A stretch of 21,879 nucleotides of DNA. It comes from a virus (taxonomy: Duplodnaviria; Heunggongvirae; Uroviricota; Caudoviricetes). Numbering within the stretch: position 1 is the first letter of the stretch; each line of letters opens with the position of its first letter. The translations under genes were made by a program, and so were the position numbers. The notes beneath the pieces were generated by a model that worked only from the letters and a program-made list of their open reading frames with translations, ran no database searches and was not told the origin of the DNA. Shown here piece after piece: positions 1-8,729 of this stretch. The stretch spans positions 1 to 21,879 of the IMG/VR virus record IMGVR_UViG_2547132415_000014, one strand, 5' to 3'.

Positions 1-344
1 CGGGAAGAGTTATGACAAGGCCAATGTGTAATGATGATGATGGAATGTTGATTTCTCAGGTCGTCGATTCCGTCATGTACATTGACAAGAAAGCCTTTGG
101 CATCCTCCTCAGCTACTACGCCCACGGCTCTTCCAAGCACGCCATTGCATCTTACTATCATCGCGTCGCAAGACCTCGCAAGATGTTATGCCGGGGCGGC
201 GGGCGCATTCAAAAACCATCGCTCGCAACCTGTCGACGGGAAGTTGACGAAATCCTCAATGCCTCGTTGTTTATGATTTACCCGGTTCTGGATAGTGCGT
301 TTAAAAACCGGAAACGTGTAGAGAAAATTAAACATGTAGCATAG
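1..344 (+). CDS. late-gene antiterminator Q-like protein, C-terminal part (5' end lies outside window)
   Basis: Reading frame stays open to the window start (stop TAG 342-344); Cys/His-rich product; located immediately upstream of a tR'-type terminator and a lambda-type lysis cassette, the canonical Q position in lambdoid phages. Family assignment is by position, not by recognised sequence. Confidence 0.5.
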   Translation, partial: GRVMTRPMCNDDDGMLISQVVDSVMYIDKKAFGILLSYYAHGSSKHAIASYYHRVARPRKMLCRGGGRIQKPSLATCRREVDEILNASLFMIYPVLDSAFKNRKRVEKIKHVA

Positions 345-350
345 AACGTG

Positions 351-381
351 TTGACATCATTGAGCAAATGAGCAACACTAT
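351..381 (+). promoter_or_regulatory. candidate late promoter (PR'-like): TTGACA -35 at 351-356, weak -10 candidates 17-19 bp downstream
   Basis: Perfect TTGACA hexamer 7 bp after the Q stop and upstream of the T-tract terminator; -10 element is poor (aacact/cactat), as is typical for Q-dependent late promoters. Positional inference. Confidence 0.25.
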
Positions 382-387
382 TCGCAT

Positions 388-431
388 AAGCTGCCGTTAG
401 TGACTCTTAAGTTGCAACGGTGGCTTTTTTT
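388..431 (+). terminator. tR'-like intrinsic terminator (GC-rich stem 388-398/416-426 followed by T7 run 425-431)
   Basis: ccgtt(394-398) pairs with aacgg(416-420), extended by flanking pairs, then tttttttat; sits between Q and the late genes as tR' does in lambda. Confidence 0.5.
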
Positions 432-435
432 ATTT

Positions 436-510
436 GGGTCAGTCGTATAAAGGTCATTACGGAAGGCTGTTAACCTTCTTATCGTGGTTCGAGCCCACGC
501 TGTCCCGCCA
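436..510 (+). tRNA. tRNA-Asn (anticodon GTT), phage-encoded, divergent
   Basis: Hand-folded cloverleaf: acceptor 436-442/500-506 (6 of 7 pairs, one T:T mismatch), D-loop with GG, anticodon stem gaagg/ccttc perfect, loop ctGTTaa, T-arm cgtgg-ttcgagc-ccacg, discriminator G plus encoded CCA 508-510. Confidence 0.6.
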
Positions 511-515
511 AACAT

Positions 516-591
516 GCTGGTTTAGCTCCAATGGTAGAGCGGTCGCCTTGTAAGCGAATGGGTAGCGGTTCAAGTCCGTTAACCAGCACCA
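516..591 (+). tRNA. tRNA-Thr (anticodon TGT), phage-encoded
   Basis: Hand-folded cloverleaf: perfect 7-bp acceptor gctggtt/aaccagc, D-arm gctc-caatggta-gagc, anticodon loop ctTGTaa (one mismatch at 27:43), 5-nt variable loop, T-arm agcgg-ttcaagt-ccgtt, discriminator A plus CCA 589-591. Confidence 0.65.
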
Positions 592-813
592 TAACTGAGC
601 TGTAGCCACTGGCTATCCTGAATTCATCAGTGATAGTTACGCTGCGGCCTTCTACACATGACCTTCGTGAAAGCGGGTGGCAAGAGGCTGCGCTAACAAC
701 CTCCTGCCGTTTTGCCCGTGCATATCGGTCACGAACAAATCTGATTACTAAACACAGTAGCCTGGATTTGTTCTATCAGTAATCGACCTTATTCCTAATT
801 AAATAGAGCAAAT

Positions 814-827
814 CCCCTTATTGGGGG
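814..827 (+). promoter_or_regulatory. sdi-type RNA stem-loop (cccc-ttatt-gggg) just upstream of the dual start codons of holin S
   Basis: Hairpin ccccttattggggg lies 6 nt upstream of the Met1-Lys2-Met3 dual start (ATG 834 and ATG 840), matching the lambda S translational-control arrangement. Confidence 0.6.
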
Positions 828-833
828 TAAGAC

Positions 834-1157
834 ATGAAGATGCCAGAAAAACATGACCTGTTAGCCGCCATTCTCGCGGCAAAGGAACAAGGCATCGGGG
901 CAATCCTTGCGTTTGCAATGGCGTACCTTCGCGGCAGATATAATGGCGGTGCGTTTACAAAAACAGTAATCGACGCAACGATGTGTGCCATTATCGCCTG
1001 GTTCATTCGTGACCTTCTCGACTTCGCCGGACTAAGTAGCAATCTCGCTTATATAACGAGCGTGTTCATCGGCTACATCGGTACTGACTCGATTGGTTCG
1101 CTTATCAAACGCTTCGCTGCTAAAAAAGCCGGAGTAGAAGATGGTGGAAATCAATAA
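834..1157 (+). CDS. S: holin, lambda S-type class I (dual-start holin/antiholin)
   Basis: 107-aa product beginning [22 protein letters not shown]..., recognised as essentially lambda S; three hydrophobic segments; Met-Lys-Met dual start. Confidence 0.95.
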   Translation: MKMPEKHDLLAAILAAKEQGIGAILAFAMAYLRGRYNGGAFTKTVIDATMCAIIAWFIRDLLDFAGLSSNLAYITSVFIGYIGTDSIGSLIKRFAAKKAGVEDGGNQ

Positions 1158-1617
1158 TCAACGTAAGGCGTTCCTCGATATGCTGGCGTGGTCAGAAGGA
1201 ACTGATAACGGACGTCAGAAAACCAGAAATCATGGTTATGACGTCATTGTTGGCGGAGAGCTATTCACTGATTACTCCGATCACCCTCGCAAACTTGTCA
1301 CGCTAAACCCCAAACTCAAATCAACAGCCGCCGGACGTTACCAGCTTCTTTCCCGTTGGTGGGATGCCTATCGTAAGCAGCTTGGCCTGAAAGACTTCTC
1401 TCCGAAAAGCCAGGACGCTGTGGCACTGCAACAGATTAAAGAGCGTGGCGCTTTACCGATGATTGATCGCGGTGATATCCGTCAGGCTATCGACCGTTGC
1501 AGCAATATCTGGGCTTCACTGCCGGGGGCTGGTTACGGTCAGTTCGAGCATAAGGTTGACAGCCTGATTGCAAAATTCAAAGAAGCAGGCGGAACGGTCA
1601 GAGAGATTGAGGTATGA
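1141..1617 (+). CDS. R: endolysin, lambda R-type lytic transglycosylase
   Basis: 158-aa product [35 protein letters not shown]..., recognised as near-identical to lambda R; overlaps the S 3' end as in lambda. Confidence 0.95.
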   Translation: MVEINNQRKAFLDMLAWSEGTDNGRQKTRNHGYDVIVGGELFTDYSDHPRKLVTLNPKLKSTAAGRYQLLSRWWDAYRKQLGLKDFSPKSQDAVALQQIKERGALPMIDRGDIRQAIDRCSNIWASLPGAGYGQFEHKVDSLIAKFKEAGGTVREIEV

Positions 1618-2051
1618 GCAGAGTAGCCGCGATTATCTCCGCTCTGATTATCTGCATCATCGTCTGTCTGTCATGGGCTGTTAATCATTACCGTGATAAC
1701 GCCATCGCCTACAAAGAGCAGCGCGATAAAGCCACATCCACAATCGCTGACATGCAGAAGCGTCAACGTGACGTAGCAGAACTTGACGCCAGATACACAA
1801 AGGAGCTTGCTGATGCTAATGCGACTATCGAAAGTCTCCGTGCTGATGTTTCTGCTGGGCGTAAGCGCCTGCAAGTCGCCGCCACCTGTGCAAAGTCAAC
1901 GACCGGAGCCAGCGGCATGGGCGATGGAGAAAGTCCAGGACTTACAGCAGATGCTGAACTCAATTATTACCGTCTCCGAAGTGGAATCGACAGGATAACC
2001 GCGCAGGTTGACTACCTGCAGGAATACATCAGGACTCAGTGCCTGAAATAA
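1614..2051 (+). CDS. Rz: i-spanin Rz (inner-membrane spanin subunit)
   Basis: Start overlaps R stop (ATGA); N-terminal TM ([16 protein letters not shown]) followed by coiled-coil-prone periplasmic domain; lambda Rz-like N-terminus with a divergent C-terminus. Confidence 0.9.
   Translation: MSRVAAIISALIICIIVCLSWAVNHYRDNAIAYKEQRDKATSTIADMQKRQRDVAELDARYTKELADANATIESLRADVSAGRKRLQVAATCAKSTTGASGMGDGESPGLTADAELNYYRLRSGIDRITAQVDYLQEYIRTQCLK
1813..1998 (+). CDS. Rz1: o-spanin Rz1 (outer-membrane lipoprotein), embedded in the +1 frame of Rz
   Basis: Internal ATG 1813 preceded by AGGAG at 1801-1805; signal peptide with lipobox VSAC, Pro-rich mature part ([14 protein letters not shown]); fully nested in Rz as in lambda. 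Confidence 0.8.
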   Translation: MLMRLSKVSVLMFLLGVSACKSPPPVQSQRPEPAAWAMEKVQDLQQMLNSIITVSEVESTG

Positions 2052-2083
2052 TTTTTTTGCAAATCACAAAGTCCATTTAATGA

Positions 2084-2106
2084 GCCTCGCGATGCGGGGC
2101 TTTTTT
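2084..2106 (+). terminator. intrinsic terminator after the lysis cassette (stem gcctcgc/gcggggc, loop gat, T6)
   Basis: 7-bp GC-rich stem (one G-U pair) 2084-2090/2094-2100 followed by tttttt 2101-2106. Confidence 0.55.
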
Positions 2107-2253
2107 ATGTCCGCAGTAAACGCGCTTCACACGCGCGATTTATGAACACAGAACCTTTCAGGATGACCCTTGAGGATGCCGGTTTGGTGATCGGTGCCTT
2201 TCTGTGGGCCGGAATCCTGTGTGACAAGGTTCATCACTAAAAGGTAATCACCG

Positions 2254-2796
2254 ATGAATTATCCAACTATCGTTGACGGCATTGATTTCAAAGAACTGGT
2301 TTTTATTACCAACAATGACCCTGTCACCGATTCATTTATGGTGGCGAAAGCATTTCGTAAGCGACATGACAACGTTGTGCGTGATGTAGAAAGAACTATC
2401 GCTGCTTGTCCTGAAGAGTTTGATACAAAACTCAATTTTGAGGTTTGCTATAAAAACAATGAGTTACAGAATGGTAAGCCACAAAAATTCTATCGGCTAC
2501 GTAAGGATGGGTTGATGCTTTTGGTTATGTCCTACACCAAAAAAGAAGCAATGCGGATCAAAATTGCTTACATCAACGCATTCAACTGGATGTACGCCAT
2601 GCTTCAGGTTGGTCATCGTCAATTTGAAGAAGAGAGAAATGCCGTAATGCTGGAGTACATGAAAGAGAAGGATGTTGCCAGCATGTCAGGCCGCCTGCTT
2701 AATCGCTGGGGAAAAATTAAGAAGCCTCAGCTACTGGCGAGAATTGAACGCCTTGAACAGCACGGGCAAACCGTAATCCCCGGACTCACCAATTAA
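2254..2796 (+). CDS. Rha-family phage regulatory protein
   Basis: 180-aa product with the Rha-domain signature region (DSFMVAKAFRKRHDNVVRDVERTI) near the N-terminus; accessory position between lysis and terminase genes. Confidence 0.75.
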   Translation: MNYPTIVDGIDFKELVFITNNDPVTDSFMVAKAFRKRHDNVVRDVERTIAACPEEFDTKLNFEVCYKNNELQNGKPQKFYRLRKDGLMLLVMSYTKKEAMRIKIAYINAFNWMYAMLQVGHRQFEEERNAVMLEYMKEKDVASMSGRLLNRWGKIKKPQLLARIERLEQHGQTVIPGLTN

Positions 2797-2954
2797 CGGC
2801 AGTACCACGAAACAACCCAAGCCAGTAAGTGGGGAAATAACACTGGCAGCCACTGAAAGATGAACCTCCTGCCTTATGGCAAAAAAGATTCTTTGTGGTG
2901 GCGGACTGATGGAAAGACATCCTAATCAAGCAACTACTCTACAGGGCCATAATT

Positions 2955-3326
2955 ATGAACGACCAGCAAATCGAAAAAGAAATCGTTGAGAAAGGCAAAA
3001 CCGCTCCGCGAGTTACCCCGCAGCACATCGAAGACGTGATTAAAAGCGAGCATTGCTTCACCGCATACGATGGTATTGGCGGAGAGGGCGCTATGGCGAC
3101 ATACAAATCCGCGCTTGATTTAACCGAAAGTCAGGAAGCATTAAAGCTTCTTACATTCTGCGTCCTGGTGCTGCGCAACGGCTTCACCGTCACCGGCGAA
3201 AGTGCCTGCGCCAGCCCGGAAAACTTCGACCCGGAGATCGGTCGCAAGATCGCCCGCGAAAATGCTGTAAACAAAATCTGGATGCTCGAAGGTTACTTGC
3301 TGAAGCAGAAACTAAGCGAACAGTAG
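2955..3326 (+). CDS. hypothetical phage protein, Gp49/Sf6-gp66-like (function unknown)
   Basis: 123-aa ORF with coding-like composition; recalled resemblance to the small uncharacterised family found just upstream of terminase genes in P22-like phages (GFTVTGESACASPENFDPEIGRKIA...). Family call unverified. Confidence 0.55.
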   Translation: MNDQQIEKEIVEKGKTAPRVTPQHIEDVIKSEHCFTAYDGIGGEGAMATYKSALDLTESQEALKLLTFCVLVLRNGFTVTGESACASPENFDPEIGRKIARENAVNKIWMLEGYLLKQKLSEQ

Positions 3327-3429
3327 TTATTACAAAAGCCATTCCCTACAGAGTGGCTTTGATAATGGCTTATACCCTACACGGGATAACTTAACTGATA
3401 TCCCTTTTAACGGATAAACGGAGCCAACA

Positions 3430-3672
3430 ATGGCAGAGATTATTCCCATGACTGAAGAACAGAAATTCCAGTTAGAGATTTACAAGCTGGTCATGAACCA
3501 GAACGCAGCTGCAGAGGAAGCATTTCAGTTCATTGGCACTGACGAACTGAAGCTTGAGCTATTCAAAATTCACTTCCAGTCAGGTGGCGCTAATTCAGAT
3601 ATCACGACCCGTACAATCGAAGCGGTGCGTAAATCGAAGGAAGCGTTAGACCTGTTTACTACCGGAGCATAA
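3430..3672 (+). CDS. hypothetical small helical protein (80 aa)
   Basis: ORF with SD-like acggag upstream; stop 3 nt before the small terminase start, implying co-expression with the packaging genes. Confidence 0.55.
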   Translation: MAEIIPMTEEQKFQLEIYKLVMNQNAAAEEAFQFIGTDELKLELFKIHFQSGGANSDITTRTIEAVRKSKEALDLFTTGA

Positions 3673-3674
3673 AC

Positions 3675-4115
3675 ATGGCGCGCCCAACAAAGTATCAAGA
3701 GGCGTATGCCGAACAGGCACGCAAACTGTGCTTGCTGGGCTACACCGATGCAGAACTTGCTGATTTCTTTGAAGTCAGTGAGTCAACTATTAACAAGTGG
3801 AAGCTTGATTATCCTAAGTTTTCGGAGTCCATAAAAAAGGGTAAGGCCGTCGCTGATGCAGAAGTTAGTGACCGTCTTTATCAACGCGCTATGGGCTTTG
3901 TGGCTCCAGACATCGATATTCGTGTTATTGAAAACAGAATTGTCGAAACTCCGCTTGAGAAGTATTACCCGCCTGATACAACCGCCGCCATCTTCTGGCT
4001 TAAGAACCGACAGAAGGATAAATGGCGCGACAAGGTTGATCACGAGCTAACAGGCAAAGACGGCGGCGCAATCCAGATTGAAACATCACCGATGAGCACT
4101 CTATTCGGAAAATGA
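3675..4115 (+). CDS. terminase small subunit (Sf6 gp1-like)
   Basis: 146-aa product; C-terminus ELTGKDGGAIQIETSPMSTLFGK recalled as matching the Sf6-type small terminase; immediately precedes and overlaps the large terminase (ATGA). Confidence 0.85.
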   Translation: MARPTKYQEAYAEQARKLCLLGYTDAELADFFEVSESTINKWKLDYPKFSESIKKGKAVADAEVSDRLYQRAMGFVAPDIDIRVIENRIVETPLEKYYPPDTTAAIFWLKNRQKDKWRDKVDHELTGKDGGAIQIETSPMSTLFGK

Positions 4116-5527
4116 CCTCGATTAATCCTATCTTTGAACCGTTCATTGAGGCGCATCGCTACAAAGTCGCCAAAGGCGGTCGAGGTAGCGGTAAGTCATG
4201 GGCAATTGCGAGACTGCTTGTTGAAGCGGCGCGTCGTCAGCCAGTGCGTATTCTCTGCGCTCGTGAACTGCAAAACAGTATCAGCGATTCGGTAATCCGG
4301 TTGCTTGAAGACACTATCGAGCGTGAAGGGTATTCGGCTGAGTTTGAAATTCAGCGTTCCATGATTCGTCATCTCGGAACGAATGCCGAATTCATGTTCT
4401 ACGGCATCAAAAACAACCCGACAAAAATTAAATCGCTCGAAGGTATTGATATCTGCTGGGTGGAGGAAGCGGAAGCGGTAACGAAGGAATCGTGGGATAT
4501 TCTGATTCCAACCATCCGCAAGCCATTTTCCGAAATATGGGTGAGCTTCAACCCGAAAAACATCCTCGACGATACCTATCAGCGATTCGTTGTAAATCCT
4601 CCCGATGATATTTGTCTGCTGACAGTGAACTACACCGACAACCCGCATTTTCCTGAAGTTCTCCGTCTGGAGATGGAAGAGTGTAAACGCAGAAATCCGA
4701 CACTGTATCGTCACATCTGGCTTGGTGAGCCGGTAAGCGCAAGTGATATGGCAATCATCAAACGTGAATGGCTTGAAGCCGCAACCGATGCGCACAAGAA
4801 ACTCGGATGGAAAGCGAAAGGCGCTGTTGTTTCTGCACATGACCCGTCAGATACAGGGCCAGATGCTAAAGGTTACGCATCGCGTCACGGGTCGGTGGTT
4901 AAGCGCATTGCCGAAGGTCTACTGATGGACATCAACGAGGGTGCTGACTGGGCTACTTCGCTGGCGATTGAAGACGGCGCTGACCATTACCTGTGGGATG
5001 GTGATGGTGTTGGTGCCGGGCTACGCAGACAGACAACGGAAGCGTTCTCCGGCAAGAAAATCACCGCCACGATGTTCAAGGGCAGTGAATCGCCATTCGA
5101 TGAAGATGCTCCGTATCAGGCCGGAGCATGGGCTGATGAAGTCGTACATGGCGACAACGTTCGCACTATTGGCGATGTGTTCCGCAATAAGCGAGCGCAA
5201 TTCTATTACGCGCTGGCTGACAGGCTGTATCTGACATATCGGGCGGTTGTTCACGGTGAGTATGCAGACCCCGACGACATGCTGAGTTTCGACAAAGAAG
5301 CGATAGGCGAGAAGATGCTGGAGAAGCTGTTTGCAGAACTGACGCAGATTCAGCGCAAATTCAATAACAACGGGAAGCTGGAGCTTATGACTAAGGTCGA
5401 AATGAAGCAGAAGCTCGGTATTCCATCTCCTAACCTGGCTGATGCGCTGATGATGTGTATGCATTGCCCGGAGTCGGCTGCGCAACCCGACTATTCCAGT
5501 TACTCTATTCCTTGTGGTGTAGGTTGA
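4112..5527 (+). CDS. terminase large subunit (ATPase plus nuclease)
   Basis: 471 aa; Walker A-type motif KGGRGSGKS near the N-terminus; Walker B-like ICWVEE; position between small terminase and portal. Confidence 0.9.
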   Translation: MTSINPIFEPFIEAHRYKVAKGGRGSGKSWAIARLLVEAARRQPVRILCARELQNSISDSVIRLLEDTIEREGYSAEFEIQRSMIRHLGTNAEFMFYGIKNNPTKIKSLEGIDICWVEEAEAVTKESWDILIPTIRKPFSEIWVSFNPKNILDDTYQRFVVNPPDDICLLTVNYTDNPHFPEVLRLEMEECKRRNPTLYRHIWLGEPVSASDMAIIKREWLEAATDAHKKLGWKAKGAVVSAHDPSDTGPDAKGYASRHGSVVKRIAEGLLMDINEGADWATSLAIEDGADHYLWDGDGVGAGLRRQTTEAFSGKKITATMFKGSESPFDEDAPYQAGAWADEVVHGDNVRTIGDVFRNKRAQFYYALADRLYLTYRAVVHGEYADPDDMLSFDKEAIGEKMLEKLFAELTQIQRKFNNNGKLELMTKVEMKQKLGIPSPNLADALMMCMHCPESAAQPDYSSYSIPCGVG

Positions 5528-5528
5528 T

Positions 5529-7727
5529 ATGGCAGAAAAAAAGATGACTGACTGGCATCGCAAGGTGCTGTGCAACTTTGATAATGCCTGGTCAGCAACG
5601 CAGGATATGCGTGAGCAGATTATTGAGGCTCAACGCTTCGTCAGGGTGTCCGGCGCACAGTGGGAAGGCAGCACAAACGCTGGTTACTCATTTGATGAAG
5701 GCAGGTTCGAGCATTATCCGCGTTTTGAACTGAATAAGATTACCCGTGAATGTGATCGCATCATTGGCGAGTATCGACAGAATCGCATCAGCGTTAAATT
5801 CAGGCCGAAGGATGACAAGGCATCGGAAGCGTTAGCCGAAAAAATGAACGGCAAATTCCGCGCTGACTATCAGGAAACATCCGGTGGCGAAGCGTGTGAT
5901 AACGCATTTGATGATGCCGTAACGGGCGGATTCGGTTGTTTCCGCATGTGTGCCGATTATGAAGATGAAATGGATCCGAGTAACGAGAAACGCCGTATAA
6001 GCCTTCTCCCTGTTTACGACCCAGCGACATGCGTCTTCTTTGATCAGGACAGCAAGCAATATGACCGCTCTGATGCTATGTGGGCTATGGAAATGTTCTC
6101 CATGACGCCTAAAGCGTTCGAGGCTGAATACCCTGATTCCATCGCGGCAAGCCTTTCTCGTGATGACACTGGCACTCAATATGACTGGTCAACCCCTGAT
6201 GCTATCTATGTTGGTCGCTACTACGAAGTTCGCATAGAGAAGGTGAAGCTCGCGGCATGGCGCAACCCTGTCAGCGGAGAAACGGCAATCTATGATGAAG
6301 AGCAAATCAAAGATATTGTCGACGAGCTGACCGATGGCGCATTCGAACTGATTGGTGAGCGGACAGTGAAGAAACGCAGAGTTTATTGCGGTCTTCTGTC
6401 TGGCGCTGAATGGCTGGAAGAACCGAAGCGTATTCCGGGCGAACATATTCCTCTCATCCCGGTATATGGGCGTCGATCATTTGTTGATAATCAGGAGCGA
6501 ATCGAAGGCCACGCAGCAAAAGCGATGGATGCACAGCGTCTTGAGAACCTGATGGTTTCCATGATTGCAGATAACGCCACTCAGGCTGGCGGCGATGGCA
6601 TTCCTGTAGTTGATGTTGACATGATTCCTGGTCCTCTTGCCACTCATTGGGCGGAGCGCAACAAAAAGCGCCCGGCGTTCCTGCCGATGGTCAGTCTGAA
6701 AAACAAAAACGGAGATATTACTGCGCAGGCTCAGGTCAGCAGTTATACACCTCCGACACAAATGCCTCCTGCTCTTGCCGGGCTATTGCAGTACACCGGA
6801 ACGGCTATTCAGCAAATTACAGGTGCGTCGCAGCTTGAGAATATGCCGAGCAACGTCGCTACCGATACCGTTGATAGCATCTTTAACCGGATGGACACGC
6901 AGTCCTATATCTACATGGACAACATGGCTAAATCCATGCGCCGTGCTGGCGTCGTGTGGCTTTCTATGGCTCGTGAAGTCTATGGCAGTGATACGCCGAT
7001 GCGTATCGTTAATGAGGACGGCAGCGATGACGTGGCGCTGATGACTGGTGAAGTGGTTGACCGTCAGACAGGGCAGGTTATCGCGCTTAATGACCTTTCG
7101 CAGGGTAACTATGAAGTGACTGTCGATGTTGGCCAGTCGTTCGCTACTCGCCGTGATGCAACGGTTAAGTCGTTACTTTCCATGCTGGCACTTATCCCAC
7201 CAGGAACTCCGAAGCACGACCTTGTATCGTCGATGATTCTCGACAATATGGACGGCGAAGGGATGGACGACCTGAAAGAATACAACCGCAATCAGTTGCT
7301 TCTGTCTGGCGTTATCAAGCCGAGAACGCCTGAAGAACAGCAGATGGTTGAACAGGCGAAACAACAACAGGCCAGTCAGCCAGATCCGGCTATGGTTGCA
7401 GCGCAAGGTCAGCTTCTTGCTGGTCAGGCTGAATTGCAGAAAGCGCAGAACGAACAGGCAGCCATTCAGGTTAAAGCATTCCAGGCACAGACTGATGCTC
7501 AGGTTGCAGCGGCAAATGTTGTGAAAATCCTCGCATCTGCCGATAGCCAGCAGAAATCTGATATCCGCGAGGCTCTGAAACTGCTCGGACAGTTCCAGCA
7601 ACAGCAAGGAGACAATGCCCGTGCTGATGCAGAGCTTGTCCTGAAAAGTCAGGCACAGGGTCATGCGCAGCGCATGGACATCAACAGCATCCTGCAAAAA
7701 TCAACTCAGCAACAACCACAGCAGTAA
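5529..7727 (+). CDS. portal protein (P22 gp1-like) with Gln-rich C-terminal barrel region
   Basis: 732 aa; recalled P22-portal hallmarks (GEHIPLIPVYG, PEEQQMVEQAKQQQASQPDPAMVAAQGQLLAGQAELQKAQ, ARADAELVLK...QRMDI); starts 2 nt after the terminase stop. Confidence 0.9.
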   Translation: MAEKKMTDWHRKVLCNFDNAWSATQDMREQIIEAQRFVRVSGAQWEGSTNAGYSFDEGRFEHYPRFELNKITRECDRIIGEYRQNRISVKFRPKDDKASEALAEKMNGKFRADYQETSGGEACDNAFDDAVTGGFGCFRMCADYEDEMDPSNEKRRISLLPVYDPATCVFFDQDSKQYDRSDAMWAMEMFSMTPKAFEAEYPDSIAASLSRDDTGTQYDWSTPDAIYVGRYYEVRIEKVKLAAWRNPVSGETAIYDEEQIKDIVDELTDGAFELIGERTVKKRRVYCGLLSGAEWLEEPKRIPGEHIPLIPVYGRRSFVDNQERIEGHAAKAMDAQRLENLMVSMIADNATQAGGDGIPVVDVDMIPGPLATHWAERNKKRPAFLPMVSLKNKNGDITAQAQVSSYTPPTQMPPALAGLLQYTGTAIQQITGASQLENMPSNVATDTVDSIFNRMDTQSYIYMDNMAKSMRRAGVVWLSMAREVYGSDTPMRIVNEDGSDDVALMTGEVVDRQTGQVIALNDLSQGNYEVTVDVGQSFATRRDATVKSLLSMLALIPPGTPKHDLVSSMILDNMDGEGMDDLKEYNRNQLLLSGVIKPRTPEEQQMVEQAKQQQASQPDPAMVAAQGQLLAGQAELQKAQNEQAAIQVKAFQAQTDAQVAAANVVKILASADSQQKSDIREALKLLGQFQQQQGDNARADAELVLKSQAQGHAQRMDINSILQKSTQQQPQQ

Positions 7728-7817
7728 TTAACCCATAACGTGCAATGGCTGTCTTTATGAGGCCTGGCACCCTATTGCCTTCCGATGGGCTGAACATCGA
7801 GTAAACAGGGGTAACAA

Positions 7818-8711
7818 ATGGACCAGATGGCAGAAAACACACCAGAAGTTGAAATCGAAACCGACGCGTCAGAGCAGATTCCTGATGATGTCGAACTGGC
7901 TGAAGAAGTCGAAACAGAAGATGGCAGTGAGTCATCCGGCAATGATGTAGAGGAAGCTACTGAAACTGATGACGACGAATCAGAACAGGAATTCTACTTT
8001 GGTGACGAAAAGCTGGATTCGCCAACCAGCGAAGATGGCGCAGAGCATGGACTGGTAAAACACCTGCGCAAGACGATTAAAGAGAAAGACCGCGAGCTGA
8101 AAGAGCTGATGCGTCAGTCTCAGAAACCCGTCGAGCAGCAGCCGGTAATCACTCAACCACCGCGAATGCCAAAACTGGACGATGAGGACATCGGTTTCGA
8201 TGAAGAAATCTACCAGCAACGCATGGCTAAGTGGGCAGAGGATAACGGCAAGTACCAGCAACAGGAGATGGCTCGCAAGCAGAAGGAGCAGGAGCTTCAG
8301 GCTGCTTATCAAGAGCGATTATCCAAATATCAGCAACGTGTTAAGGCTCTCAAGGTTCCTGGCTATCAGGAAGCAGAACAGGCCGTACTCGAGGAAATCC
8401 CCATCGAGACACAAAACGCGATCCTGTTTGAGTCAGAGAAGCCGGAAATCGTTGTTCTAGCGCTTGGTCGCAACGCTGAACTGCGCAAGCAACTGGCAGA
8501 AGCTACCAACCCCGTAGCAATTGGTCGTCTGCTGGAACGTATCGAATCGAAGGCCAGAATCATGCCAAAAGCAAAAACCACGGCAGCCACAACCCCGACA
8601 GTTAAGGGGAGCAACGGCGCAGTAATCAATAACCTCGACAAACTGAAAGCCAGGGCGCTGGAAACTGGTGACTGGACGCCGTATTTCGCCGCTAAAAAGG
8701 CAAAAAAATAA
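7818..8711 (+). CDS. scaffolding protein
   Basis: 297 aa, acidic N-terminus, charged helical middle, basic C-terminus; located between portal and coat as in P22 (gene 8). Confidence 0.8.
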   Translation: MDQMAENTPEVEIETDASEQIPDDVELAEEVETEDGSESSGNDVEEATETDDDESEQEFYFGDEKLDSPTSEDGAEHGLVKHLRKTIKEKDRELKELMRQSQKPVEQQPVITQPPRMPKLDDEDIGFDEEIYQQRMAKWAEDNGKYQQQEMARKQKEQELQAAYQERLSKYQQRVKALKVPGYQEAEQAVLEEIPIETQNAILFESEKPEIVVLALGRNAELRKQLAEATNPVAIGRLLERIESKARIMPKAKTTAATTPTVKGSNGAVINNLDKLKARALETGDWTPYFAAKKAKK

Positions 8712-8729
8712 CCTATCGGAGCATTAAGC

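Noticed and set aside
82-276. 64-aa + strand ORF in an alternative frame within the Q-like gene
   Set aside because: Out of frame with the longer ORF that is open to the window edge; Ser/Thr/Pro/Ala-rich, typical of an overlapping-frame artefact.
592-833. A third tRNA or a protein-coding gene between tRNA-Thr and S
   Set aside because: No T-arm-like GGTTCGA motif or cloverleaf could be folded; no ORF with a start signal; the region is better explained as a structured late leader.
4196-4840. 214-aa minus-strand ORF antisense to the large terminase
   Set aside because: Embedded antisense in a gene with clear Walker motifs; composition typical of a shadow ORF in a GC-balanced coding region.
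5021-7697. Several minus-strand ORFs (5021-5575, 5832-6179, 7173-7697 and others) inside the portal gene
   Set aside because: All antisense to the portal gene; no start signals and non-protein-like composition.
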